DNA of 63,740 nucleotides, the filler included. It is 5 parts of 5 records of this genome, joined end to end, with 100 filler letters (N's around TTAATTAATTAA, not from the genome) between each part and the next. Parts side by side here need not be neighbours in the genome. Positions count along the whole stretch, not along the records: positions 39,876 to 49,152 come from DRR723986_7187; positions 49,253 to 58,472 come from DRR723986_7194; 3 more parts are not named here. One strand, given 5' to 3'. Made by a program: the position numbers and the translations under genes. Shown in pieces: positions 46,408 to 55,910 of the stretch; the stretch's first letter is position 1, and every line of letters begins with the position of its first letter. Under the pieces are notes generated by a model that saw only the letters and a program-made list of their open reading frames with translations, made no database searches and had not been told where the DNA came from.

Positions 46408-48744
46408 TTGGATACCGATGCCTATGCTCCCTATAATTTCGTGCCTCTTGCGGCGGCCGTCTTCCATCCTCCCTGGGCAGCCCAGGTCAGTCACGATGTG
46501 CCGTTCGAGGATGGCTACTCGGGGTGGATCGATATCGAGATCGAAGCCCGGTCACCGCTGCTTGTCGGCGGTGGCGACAGCACCCGGCACGGGGACAAGC
46601 CAAAGACCGTGACTTTCTATCGTCTTCCGGGAAAGGACGGCGACTACGCGATCCCCGGCTCCAGCCTGCGCGGCATGCTGCGCAACGTCGTGGAGATCGC
46701 TAGCTTCTCTAGGTTCTCCTGGGTGGACGACAAGCGTTATGGCGGGCGGGATCTGACGCAACGGTTCTACAAGGACCGTATGGCACAGCAGATCTCAGCA
46801 CGGTTGCCACAGGGCGGCGCAGGCAGAGCTTATGTCGCGAAGTCCCATGCCGGGTGGCTGTTCCAGGATTCGGAAGGCCGTTGGAAAATACGGCCGTGCT
46901 GCTATGCGCGTGTCGAAGCGGAAGACCTGATCGAAGCCGGGATTGTCGAGGAAAAAAGCCTTCGTCTGGACGAAGACGTCACAGCCCTGATGAGCATTCT
47001 GGGTGAGAAATCACCTGTCGACGCGGACTACTTTATCAGCGGCTATGGTTTAGCGCGTGAACGTAAGAAAGCGGGTAGGGACAGGCAAGCGAGAAACGAG
47101 ATCGAGCGGAAGGTCAAGGAGGCGGGTAAAAAACTGGGGAAGCGCAAGCCCATCGAGCCAACGGTGCCGATAAAGGAGCGTCTGCGTGTATCCGGTAGCC
47201 GGGTTTCCTTTCGTCCGGGGCACGCCGGAATAGTCCCCCGACGTGTGGATGTGCCGACACAAGGGCATAAACACAAGAACCCGCTCATCTACATCGCGGC
47301 CTACGACTTGCAATCCTGCCCCAGCGGTGAGGCGCCGGAAGAACGTTCCATTGGTACGGTCGTCTTCACCGGGGCTATGGCAACGAAGCACATGGAGTTC
47401 ATTTTTTACGATGGCGCACTCGCGCTAGAAGAGCCGATTGCCGTCGGTGAAGTAGCCATGTCCGCGTTTCTGGACATCCATGAAGACGACAGAAAAAAAC
47501 CGGAAACGGCGTGGGGCTACTGGTGGGGGAAATACAAGCGCCGCGAGATTGGTCCGCTCAGTGCGGACCGTCACATTTTCCCAGGCATCCCGGTCTTCTA
47601 CCTGTCCGGCGACAGTGACGGTAGCACGGTTCAGGCGCTTGGATTGTCGCAGATGTTCAAACTGCCCTACCAGTTCTCAACGCATGACATGATTCGCCAT
47701 GCAAGCCCGAAACACCTGAATGAGACCGATGACAGCGGAGTTCCTGTCTGGGATTTGGCCGATTTGCTGTTCGGCTGTGTCTCGGATGTTGCCGGCCGAA
47801 GCCTGAAGGGGCGGGTTTCCATCGGCCTCGGTCGAAGAATCGGGAAGGTGCCGGAGGTCCTCGACAATCTCCCGCCGATGGTCCTCAACGCTCCCAAGCC
47901 GAGCTACTACCCATTTTACGTCGAGCAGGCGGAGAGCGACGAGGAGATGCCCGGGCTGGGCATGAAGGTTAAGTCCAAACGCGACAACAAGGTGATCTAC
48001 GAAACTTACTCGCCCACCGTAGAAACTCCGTTTGAGCCACACCTGCGCGGCTGGAAGCGCTATTTGCCGCGCAAACAACCGGTTGTGAATGAGGCAGGCG
48101 AGGACCAGAACAGCGTTGCAACGAAGCTCAAGCCCCTGAAGGAGGGGGCACGGTTCAAGTCGCGCATCGTGTTTCACAACCTGCTGGAAGAGGAGCTCGG
48201 GGCTCTGGTCTGGGCGCTCGATCTTGGAAACGGCGGCATGGAGCCACCGGAGGACAGTAAGAAAGATCCATTCTGCCGGCACCATGTTCTGGGGCTCGGC
48301 AAACCCTTCGGCTTCGGCAAGGTGACCGTGACCCGCTCTGATGCTCTCGTAGAGCCCAACAATCCCCGACGGAGCACGGTTCAGTCCGAAGATGCCATGG
48401 ACTTCCTTCTTGCCTGCCGCAAGTCCTTTCGTGAGGCCATGAACGAGTGGACGTTAGACAGGATCAGCAGGGAGTGGCTGAAAACCGAGCAGGTCGCGGC
48501 GCTGATCAAGTTGACCTCGACGGACCTCAATGAAGACCTGTTACATCCTGATAAAGCTTACGTGACTCTGGACATGAAGGCCGGCGACGGCAAGGGAAAC
48601 GACTTCCTGAATATCAAGAAAAGCGCCCGCGCCCTAGAACGGCCGATACGAAGATGTCCGTCTGACAAGAGCAGCAGCGATCGAAAAGAAGCGTCGCCGT
48701 TTGTTTCAAAACCTCCCCGCTGGCTGGTCGGGAATGAGGACTGA
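46408..48744 (+). CDS. cas7: Cas7 with large insertion (TIGR03986-like RAMP)
   Basis: APYNFVPL, SHDVPF, IPGSSLRGMLR, LKGRVS, LRGWKRY, FHNL..EELGAL, LGLGKPFGFG; TTG start 7 nt after AGGAG. Confidence 0.9.
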   Translation: MDTDAYAPYNFVPLAAAVFHPPWAAQVSHDVPFEDGYSGWIDIEIEARSPLLVGGGDSTRHGDKPKTVTFYRLPGKDGDYAIPGSSLRGMLRNVVEIASFSRFSWVDDKRYGGRDLTQRFYKDRMAQQISARLPQGGAGRAYVAKSHAGWLFQDSEGRWKIRPCCYARVEAEDLIEAGIVEEKSLRLDEDVTALMSILGEKSPVDADYFISGYGLARERKKAGRDRQARNEIERKVKEAGKKLGKRKPIEPTVPIKERLRVSGSRVSFRPGHAGIVPRRVDVPTQGHKHKNPLIYIAAYDLQSCPSGEAPEERSIGTVVFTGAMATKHMEFIFYDGALALEEPIAVGEVAMSAFLDIHEDDRKKPETAWGYWWGKYKRREIGPLSADRHIFPGIPVFYLSGDSDGSTVQALGLSQMFKLPYQFSTHDMIRHASPKHLNETDDSGVPVWDLADLLFGCVSDVAGRSLKGRVSIGLGRRIGKVPEVLDNLPPMVLNAPKPSYYPFYVEQAESDEEMPGLGMKVKSKRDNKVIYETYSPTVETPFEPHLRGWKRYLPRKQPVVNEAGEDQNSVATKLKPLKEGARFKSRIVFHNLLEEELGALVWALDLGNGGMEPPEDSKKDPFCRHHVLGLGKPFGFGKVTVTRSDALVEPNNPRRSTVQSEDAMDFLLACRKSFREAMNEWTLDRISREWLKTEQVAALIKLTSTDLNEDLLHPDKAYVTLDMKAGDGKGNDFLNIKKSARALERPIRRCPSDKSSSDRKEASPFVSKPPRWLVGNED

Positions 48745-48899
48745 AGCCCTCCGCGGCGACCCTGAGAATCGAGAGCGGGCGTGCCGGTCGATCGGTGGCG
48801 TGGGCATCCGTCTTGGTCAGCCCGAGTGTCGCGATCTCCTTCCTCGCAGTGACAAGTGGTGTTTGGTCCTAGACGATCGAACTGTTTTCCCAATTGTCT

Positions 48900-49123
48900 G
48901 CTTCCCCGAGAGGGTGCTTGGGCTCAATTTGTGTAACAATCCGGTTCGTGGCTCGTGGACATCACCTTTAATTGTCCGTGGGTTGACGTGACTGTTTCCT
49001 GCGTAAAATGACCATACTTCCACGGATGATGAAAAATCGATGTCTTGATTGTGAATGCGGAGCAAATTCGTGGAAACTGGGTGCTTTCTTGTTCATCTTG
49101 ACAAAAGGCTAGAACAGAGGGAA
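48900..49123 (+). promoter_or_regulatory. Putative CRISPR leader of array B
   Basis: Non-coding, clearly lower GC than the cas genes; TTGACG..TAAAAT and TTGACA hexamers; abuts a repeat-like sequence. Confidence 0.6.
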
Positions 49124-49152
49124 TCTCGGCGCCTGTACCGCTGGAACGCGGA
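49124..49152 (+). CRISPR. First repeat (partial) of a second array B with a variant repeat
   Basis: TCTCGGCGCCTGTACCGCTGGAACGCGGA; 19/22 identity to repeat A over GCCTGT..GCGGA; same CCGC-N6-GCGG hairpin; contig breaks inside it. Confidence 0.7.
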
Positions 49153-49252
49153 NNNNNNNNNNNNNNNNNNNNNNNNNNNNNNNNNNNNNNNNNNNNTTAA
49201 TTAATTAANNNNNNNNNNNNNNNNNNNNNNNNNNNNNNNNNNNNNNNNNNNN
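49153..49252. other. Artificial contig spacer
   Basis: 100-nt N run containing TTAATTAATTAA. Confidence 0.99.
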
Positions 49253-49253
49253 C

Positions 49254-50426
49254 TGTAACAAGATGGACCGCGAAAGCCGGGATATCTTTGAAATTATTGA
49301 TGAAATTCAGGAAAACCTGGCCATCGACGTAACCCCGGCCAGCTGGCCCATCGGGGTCGGCCGTGATTTCATCGGCTGTTATGACATTCTGCGCGACCGC
49401 CTCGAATTGATGGACCGTGCCGACCGCAACAAGATCGCGGAAAGCATTGAAATCAAAGGGCTTGATGACCCTCAGCTTGCCGAACACGTGCCTGCACATC
49501 TGCTCGAACAACTGCTGGAAGAGCTGGAAATGGCCCGCGAATTGCTGCCACCGCTGGATCATCAGGCGCTGCTGGATGGCACGCTGACCCCGATCTGGTT
49601 TGGCTCTGCGATCAACTCGTTCGGCGTCAAGGAACTGATGGACGGCATCGCCAAATATGGCCCCGAACCGCAGATTCAAACCGCACAACCACGCAAGATT
49701 TCCCCAGAAGAAACAAAGGTTTCTGGCTTTGTCTTCAAGGTTCAGGCGAACATGGACCCCAAGCACCGCGACCGCGTGGCCTTTGTCCGTATGGCCTCGG
49801 GGCACTTCAAACGCGGCATGAAACTGACCCATGTGCGAACCAAAAAACCGATGGCGATTTCCAACCCGGTTCTGTTCCTTGCCTCTGATCGCGAACTGGC
49901 GGACGAGGCTTGGGCCGGCGACATTATCGGCATTCCCAACCACGGACAGCTCAGAATCGGGGACACGTTAACCGAAGGTGAAGCTTTGCGTGTTAGTGGT
50001 ATTCCCAGCTTTGCGCCGGAACTGTTGCAAGGCGTCCGCGCAGGCGATCCGATGAAATCCAAACATCTGGAAAAAGCCCTGATGCAATTCGCCGAAGAAG
50101 GCGCGGCCAAAGTGTTCAAGCCCTCCATCGGGTCGGGCTTTATCGTTGGCGTTGTCGGGCAGCTTCAGTTTGAAGTGCTCGCCAGCCGGATCGAAATGGA
50201 ATATGGCCTGCCGGTGCGGTTTGAGCAATCGCAGTTCACCTCGGCGCGCTGGGTCGCGGGTGATAAGACGGCGTTGGATAAATTCATCAACGTCAACAAA
50301 CAGCACATCGCCTACGACCATGATGGCGACGTGGTGTATCTGACGCGCCTGCAATGGGACATTGATCGGGTCGAACGGGATTATCCCGACCTGAAATTGA
50401 CCGCGACCAAAGAGATGATGACGTGA
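49254..50426 (+). CDS. prfC: Peptide chain release factor 3, 5' partial
   Basis: NKMD G4; FVFKVQANMDPKHRDR; GIPSFAPEL; VGQLQFEV. Confidence 0.97.
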   Translation, partial: CNKMDRESRDIFEIIDEIQENLAIDVTPASWPIGVGRDFIGCYDILRDRLELMDRADRNKIAESIEIKGLDDPQLAEHVPAHLLEQLLEELEMARELLPPLDHQALLDGTLTPIWFGSAINSFGVKELMDGIAKYGPEPQIQTAQPRKISPEETKVSGFVFKVQANMDPKHRDRVAFVRMASGHFKRGMKLTHVRTKKPMAISNPVLFLASDRELADEAWAGDIIGIPNHGQLRIGDTLTEGEALRVSGIPSFAPELLQGVRAGDPMKSKHLEKALMQFAEEGAAKVFKPSIGSGFIVGVVGQLQFEVLASRIEMEYGLPVRFEQSQFTSARWVAGDKTALDKFINVNKQHIAYDHDGDVVYLTRLQWDIDRVERDYPDLKLTATKEMMT

Positions 50427-50453
50427 CCCCACAGTTGTCCTAGGCTGCCGGAT

Positions 50454-51185
50454 ATGGAGATCGAAGACACGGTTTACCCCGGCAGTTATTACAGCTTGAT
50501 GCGGTTTCTGGACCGTAAGGAAGTCCCTTACACCTACCCCGAAACCGTTCTCCCGGCGGCTGATGTGGATTTAGCCGCCCTCAGGGATCAAATCGTGTGT
50601 TTTGATCCCGACCACGCCCCCCCTGAGGATCTGCGCGATGCGCGTCGCAAGCTGCATGCGTTGGAACAGGAATTTGATGGCGGCAGCGCCCTGCACCTGT
50701 TGCATGCGCTGGTCATCTCATTGCTGCGCCGCTCTCCGGCACCGACACAAGCTCGGGATTTGTATTTTCGTCTCTGGATCGAACAGGGGCAGCATCTGGC
50801 GCAGACCCTGTCGGTACGTTGGCTTATCTCAGCAGCCACCACCTTTGGCGATCATGGCCAAACGCCTGAACAGATCAAAGGCGGCGCGGGACTGGCGATG
50901 CTCTTTGACCTGATCAAATTACACGACAGCGAACGCCGGGTTTCAGGCCGGGCCAATGACCATGCCTATTCGCGCGTCAGCGGCCGCAAAATACCCCCTT
51001 TAGCCTTTGGAATGACAGGGTATTCCCTGACGTCAGGCGACTTGGACAAGATCATGCTGGCCCGCCTGTGGCGCTTGGCCGAAGACGATCCGATCCTGCG
51101 CCCACTTGGGGTCCGTATGCTCGGCATGGTGATGACGGACAAGCGGTCAATCTTTGCCCGCATGCGCCGATACAAAGGAAAATAA
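50454..51185 (+). CDS. Hypothetical protein
   Basis: Clean ORF between prfC and GT2; RWLISAATTFGDHG motif; function unknown. Confidence 0.75.
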   Translation: MEIEDTVYPGSYYSLMRFLDRKEVPYTYPETVLPAADVDLAALRDQIVCFDPDHAPPEDLRDARRKLHALEQEFDGGSALHLLHALVISLLRRSPAPTQARDLYFRLWIEQGQHLAQTLSVRWLISAATTFGDHGQTPEQIKGGAGLAMLFDLIKLHDSERRVSGRANDHAYSRVSGRKIPPLAFGMTGYSLTSGDLDKIMLARLWRLAEDDPILRPLGVRMLGMVMTDKRSIFARMRRYKGK

Positions 51186-51188
51186 GCC

Positions 51189-52124
51189 ATGGCGAACGCG
51201 ACAGATACGTGGGGCCTCGTCGCCACGATCAAGGCCCCCACGGCCGAGGTTCTGCGCTTTGTCGCCTATCACCTCGAACTGGGCGCCCACCGCATCCACA
51301 TCTATCTCGATGCCCCTGATGCCGACACCTATGCCCCCCTCAAAGCCCACCCAAAGGTGCGTGTCACCCAATGCAACGACCACTATTGGAAAAACCGGAA
51401 ACGCCCCGAAAAACATCAGGTTCGCCAAACAGTTAACGCGACACGCACCTATCGCCGTCAGGCTGAAACCGACTGGCTGGCGCATATCGACGTTGATGAA
51501 TTTCTTTGGCCACAGACCACGGTCGGCCAGATCCTCACGGCCTTGCCTGCTCATATCAATTGCGCCCGCATGCGCCCGCGCGAGGCGTTGCCCGGTGACA
51601 CCGACCTGTTCAAAGACTGCGTCCCCTCAGGCCCAGACCGGGACAAGATCACCCAACAGATCTACCCCACCTTCGGCGCCTATGTAAAAGGGGGGTTCAT
51701 GAGCCACGTTGCAGGCAAACTGTTTGTCCGCACCGGTCTGCCCGACATCGAATTCCGCATCCACAACGCCTTTCAGAACGGTCAGACAAACCCCGGTCAC
51801 CAAACGTTGGACACCATGGCCCTGTGCCACGCCCACGCTCAGACCTGGGACGCCTGGATCGCCGCCTATCGCTTTCGACTGGCTCAGGGGTCGTACCGCT
51901 CAGAACTCGCCCCCAACAAATCCCGCACCGAGGGTGGCCTGACCATGCACGAATTGCTCAACGTGATCGAAGACGAAAGCGGCGAAGCAGGCCTAAAACG
52001 CTTTTACGACGAATTGAACGCCGTCGCCCCCAAGGTACGCCAAACCCTGCAGAATCAGGGCATGCTGCACGCCTGCCCTTTGCATCTAAATACGGCTTTG
52101 CGGAAACACTTTCCCGATTTTTAA
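51189..52124 (+). CDS. Glycosyltransferase family 2-like protein
   Basis: AYHLELGA, IYLD, WLAHIDVDEFL (DxD). Confidence 0.85.
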   Translation: MANATDTWGLVATIKAPTAEVLRFVAYHLELGAHRIHIYLDAPDADTYAPLKAHPKVRVTQCNDHYWKNRKRPEKHQVRQTVNATRTYRRQAETDWLAHIDVDEFLWPQTTVGQILTALPAHINCARMRPREALPGDTDLFKDCVPSGPDRDKITQQIYPTFGAYVKGGFMSHVAGKLFVRTGLPDIEFRIHNAFQNGQTNPGHQTLDTMALCHAHAQTWDAWIAAYRFRLAQGSYRSELAPNKSRTEGGLTMHELLNVIEDESGEAGLKRFYDELNAVAPKVRQTLQNQGMLHACPLHLNTALRKHFPDF

Positions 52125-52182
52125 TAAATTGGGGTCAAAACCCCTACAGTTTACCCCGTTTCCCTGTCGGTTTTCAGCAGAT

Positions 52183-52211
52183 TTGACCTTGGGCAGGGAT
52201 TTTGCTATGCC
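52183..52211 (+). promoter_or_regulatory. Sigma70-like promoter of the helicase gene
   Basis: TTGACC-N17-TATGCC (alphaproteobacterial-type -10). Confidence 0.5.
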
Positions 52212-52309
52212 CCCGACCAAGCCATCATGCGCATTTAGCGCAGGATCATACGGATCCGGCTTAGACCAGATGTGCGGGCCAAGTCAGTGTCCGTAAGCCA
52301 CGGAAACAC

Positions 52310-53725
52310 ATGACAAAATTTAGTGATCTGAACCTGAACGCCAAGGTACTCAAAGCGATTGACGAGGCCGGATACGAATCTCCGACCCCGATTCAAGCCG
52401 GTGCCATTCCCCCCGCTCTTGAGGGGCGCGATGTTTTGGGTATCGCCCAAACCGGGACAGGCAAAACCGCCAGCTTCACGCTGCCCATGATCACCATGCT
52501 TGCGCGTGGCCGGGCTCGTGCGCGCATGCCACGCTCGCTGGTTCTGTGCCCGACCCGCGAATTGGCGGCGCAGGTCGCCGAAAACTTCGACACCTATTCC
52601 AAGCACCTGAAACTGACCAAGGCCCTGCTGATTGGCGGCGTTTCGTTCAAAGAACAGGATGCTCTGATTGATCGCGGAGTGGACGTTCTCATCGCCACTC
52701 CCGGTCGTCTGCTCGACCATTTCGAGCGCGGCAAGCTGTTGCTGACCGGCGTGCAGATCATGGTTGTCGACGAAGCTGACCGGATGCTCGACATGGGGTT
52801 CATTCCCGATATTGAACGCATCTTTTCGCTAACGCCATTCACCCGTCAAACCCTGTTCTTTTCGGCCACCATGGCGCCGGAAATTGAGCGGATCACCAAC
52901 ACCTTCCTGTCGGCCCCCGAACGGGTCGAGGTCGCGCGTCAGGCCACGACCTCCGAGAATATTGAACAGGGCGTTGTCATGTTCAAAGGCTCACGCCGGG
53001 ATCGCGAAGCCAGTGAAAAGCGCAAGCTTCTGCGTAAGATCATCGACGGCGAAGGCGAAAAATGCACCAACGCAATTATCTTCTGCAACCGCAAGATGGA
53101 CGTGGATATCGTCGCCAAGTCGTTGAAAAAATACGGCTATAACGCCTCCCCCATCCACGGTGATCTGGACCAGAGCCAACGCATGAAAACGCTGGACGAA
53201 TTCCGCGAGGGTTCACTGCGCTTTCTCGTGGCGTCAGACGTCGCCGCGCGCGGCTTGGATGTGCCCAGCGTTAGCCACGTGTTCAACTTTGACGTGCCCA
53301 GCCACGCCGAGGATTACGTCCACCGCATTGGCCGGACTGGTCGGGCCGGCCGTGATGGTAAGGCCGTGATGATCTGCGTGCCACGTGACGAAAAGAACTT
53401 TGATGCAATCGAAGCTTTGGTTCAGAAAGAGATCCCCCGGATCGAGAACCCGCTAAAGATTGAAAAGCCCGAAGCTCCAAAAGAGCTCGAGCCCGCAAAA
53501 GAGAAGCAGGCCGAAAGAAAGCCGCGCAATCGCAAACCCGTTGAGAAGTCAGCAGAAAAGCCAGTCGAACAACAGGCCGCGCCAGCTGCATCCAAGCCAA
53601 GCCCCAAAGGCAACCCAAAACCACGCGGGCGGGACCGCCATGATCGCGGTGGCCGGGTTGTAGGCATGGGCGATCACCTGCCCAGCTTTATCGCGCTCAG
53701 CTTTGATGAGCGCCGCGCCAGCTAA
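52310..53725 (+). CDS. DEAD-box RNA helicase
   Basis: Q motif, AQTGTGKT, PTRELA, DEAD, SAT, HRIGRTGRAG. Confidence 0.97.
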   Translation: MTKFSDLNLNAKVLKAIDEAGYESPTPIQAGAIPPALEGRDVLGIAQTGTGKTASFTLPMITMLARGRARARMPRSLVLCPTRELAAQVAENFDTYSKHLKLTKALLIGGVSFKEQDALIDRGVDVLIATPGRLLDHFERGKLLLTGVQIMVVDEADRMLDMGFIPDIERIFSLTPFTRQTLFFSATMAPEIERITNTFLSAPERVEVARQATTSENIEQGVVMFKGSRRDREASEKRKLLRKIIDGEGEKCTNAIIFCNRKMDVDIVAKSLKKYGYNASPIHGDLDQSQRMKTLDEFREGSLRFLVASDVAARGLDVPSVSHVFNFDVPSHAEDYVHRIGRTGRAGRDGKAVMICVPRDEKNFDAIEALVQKEIPRIENPLKIEKPEAPKELEPAKEKQAERKPRNRKPVEKSAEKPVEQQAAPAASKPSPKGNPKPRGRDRHDRGGRVVGMGDHLPSFIALSFDERRAS

Positions 53726-53747
53726 AGCGCACAACATAAGACCAAAC

Positions 53748-53778
53748 AAAAAGCGGCTTCTTTCAGAGCCGCTTTTTT
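53748..53778. terminator. Bidirectional intrinsic terminator
   Basis: AAAAAGCGGCT...AGCCGCTTTTT between convergent genes. Confidence 0.85.
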
Positions 53779-53784
53779 GTTGCC

Positions 53785-54687
53785 TTAGATCGCGATAATC
53801 AGCGCCAAGATAGACGCCCCCAACAGGGCTATCCCTAAAACTTCCCGACGCGTGATTGTCTCTTTGAAGAACAGGATAGAAGCCAGCAAACTCAGGATCA
53901 GTTCCACCTGCCCCACAGCTTTGACATAGGCCGCATTCTGCAGGGTAAAGGCCCAGAACCAACAAAACGATCCGCCCATGCTGGTGAGCCCAACAAAGAT
54001 CCCAGTGCGGCGCGTTTGCCAGACCGCCCGCAGCTCGGCCCGGTCGCGCCAAAACAACCACGCCCCCATTGTGGTCATTTGAAACAGCGTGACCGCAGCG
54101 AGTGTCACGGCCGCGCGGAATGCGGGCTCTAACGTCCCCATCTCTAGCGACGCACCGCGATAACTGACTGCTGAAAAGGCGAACAAAATTCCCGACCCAA
54201 TCCCCAACATCGATGCCCGATTTGTCAGATGTTGCCACCATTTTCCCGCACCGCCGGGGGCTTTGGACAGGATCAGAACAGCAGCCAGACCCAACAGGAT
54301 GGCGATCAGCCCACCAAACGAAATGCCCTCGCCCAACACCAGAAAGCCGACCAATGCCGTCTGGATAACTTCGGTCTTTTTAAAGGTGATCCCAACGGCA
54401 AAATTGCGTTGTTTGAACAAGGCGACAACACAGACAGTTGCCAAGATCTGCGCGGTGCCCCCAACGGCAACAAATCCCCAGAACGTTGGTGACAGCGCAG
54501 GCAGGCTGCGCCCCGTGGCCGCCAAATACAGCGCCAGCAACAGCGCAACCAACGGTGCGGAATAGGCAAAGCGCGCAAAGGTCGCCCCCGCAGCACTCAG
54601 CTTCACTGTACTCAGTGATTTTTGCAACATGAACCGCACGGTTTGAAACGAGGCGGCGGCGACTGACACAAGGATCCAAATAGGCAT
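53785..54687 (-). CDS. DMT/EamA family transporter
   Basis: About 10 TM; RNFAVG..KTE and YVKAVGQVEL motifs. Confidence 0.85.
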   Translation of the reverse strand: MPIWILVSVAAASFQTVRFMLQKSLSTVKLSAAGATFARFAYSAPLVALLLALYLAATGRSLPALSPTFWGFVAVGGTAQILATVCVVALFKQRNFAVGITFKKTEVIQTALVGFLVLGEGISFGGLIAILLGLAAVLILSKAPGGAGKWWQHLTNRASMLGIGSGILFAFSAVSYRGASLEMGTLEPAFRAAVTLAAVTLFQMTTMGAWLFWRDRAELRAVWQTRRTGIFVGLTSMGGSFCWFWAFTLQNAAYVKAVGQVELILSLLASILFFKETITRREVLGIALLGASILALIIAI

Positions 54688-54707
54688 GATCCCCGTATGA
54701 CCTCAAT

Positions 54708-55610
54708 TCAGGAACGAGGCCAGAGCGGATGTGCGATCGGGTCCTTAGCCTTCAGGAAATACTGCCGAAAAACGTCGACATAGGACCGATACACATAGCT
54801 GTCATTGCACTCCAAATACCGGGCCTTTCCTGCCCGATAAAGCCCGGGCAACTGATACCAAGCGGCCTTGGGATGCATGTGATGAACAACGTGAAAGTTA
54901 TTGTTCAGAAACAGGAATGCCAACAGCCCCCGATCTTCGATAATCACCGTACGACAGCGCGATTTTTCATGCGCGCGATGTTCCAAAAAGGTTCGGATCT
55001 TGAGCACGGCCAACCCCAGATAGGCCGACAGGCAGAACGCCCAAATCGGCATCGCCGAGTGCGCGACAACCCACATAACGACGGCAACGCCGGGCAGATG
55101 CAGCGCCCATGCCAGCAACACATCGCGATCGCCTCGCAGGGCCGCTTTGAGCTCATCGCGGGTAAACACCACCTGCCCGATCACCGGCCCCAAAACCATC
55201 CGCCCCAGCAGCGTATTATTTGCCCGGTACAGCCGCTGTTTCCAACCCGGCATGCTGGCCCAAACGACGGGGTCCTGAAAATTAGACTCAGGATCATCGT
55301 AAGGGTCGGTCAAATTGGAATCGAGATGATGCGCCAAATGCAAATCCCGAAACCGATTGTAAGGAATGCACAGGGTCAACGGCAGCGCCATCAGCGCCTC
55401 ATTGATCCATTTGGTTTGAAACGGATGCCCATGCAGTGCCTCATGCGTGAGCGACGAATGCAAAGCCGTCACAACGCCACCCGCCAGAACCGCTAGGGGC
55501 AAGGACACCTGCGCCAACCCAAACACAACGCCAAGCCACGCCCCGTAGCAGATCACAATCAATCCAAAGGTGCCCCACTCGGGGCTGCGCACCGTGTCCT
55601 GTTCAGACAT
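54708..55610 (-). CDS. Fatty acid desaturase family protein
   Basis: His boxes HEALH, HLAHH, HVVHH; DPES; EH. Confidence 0.9.
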   Translation of the reverse strand: MSEQDTVRSPEWGTFGLIVICYGAWLGVVFGLAQVSLPLAVLAGGVVTALHSSLTHEALHGHPFQTKWINEALMALPLTLCIPYNRFRDLHLAHHLDSNLTDPYDDPESNFQDPVVWASMPGWKQRLYRANNTLLGRMVLGPVIGQVVFTRDELKAALRGDRDVLLAWALHLPGVAVVMWVVAHSAMPIWAFCLSAYLGLAVLKIRTFLEHRAHEKSRCRTVIIEDRGLLAFLFLNNNFHVVHHMHPKAAWYQLPGLYRAGKARYLECNDSYVYRSYVDVFRQYFLKAKDPIAHPLWPRS

Positions 55611-55806
55611 TCCGGCCCCAGTGGATACCGGCCCAGATCCGTTCGTAAAGCACATACAGGGTCAATCCGATTGCCGTATTGACCAATGCAAGGGTTCCCC
55701 CAATTGCAGCTGATCCAGTGGCGATCACCCCGACCAATGTCATTGATGCCAACCCCAATAGGTTCCAGATCACCGCCTTCACCAGCGATCTCCGTCGCGT
55801 TTCCAT
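55603..55806 (-). CDS. DUF2061 small membrane protein
   Basis: METRRRSLVKAVIW...YERIWAGIHWG. Confidence 0.85.
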   Translation of the reverse strand: METRRRSLVKAVIWNLLGLASMTLVGVIATGSAAIGGTLALVNTAIGLTLYVLYERIWAGIHWGRNV

Positions 55807-55910
55807 GTTGCCTCCTGCTCTTATTGCACAACTTTGTTATGCGCTTGGGGGGCCTGTGAACATTCTGAATGTGATTAACAAAACTCAGCAGTTGTGATAA
55901 ATATCACCAT

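Noticed and set aside
48701-49065. ORFs of 82-111 aa after the last cas gene as possible cas2, cas6 or effector
   Set aside because: No Cas2 or Cas6 motifs; the region looks like an array leader
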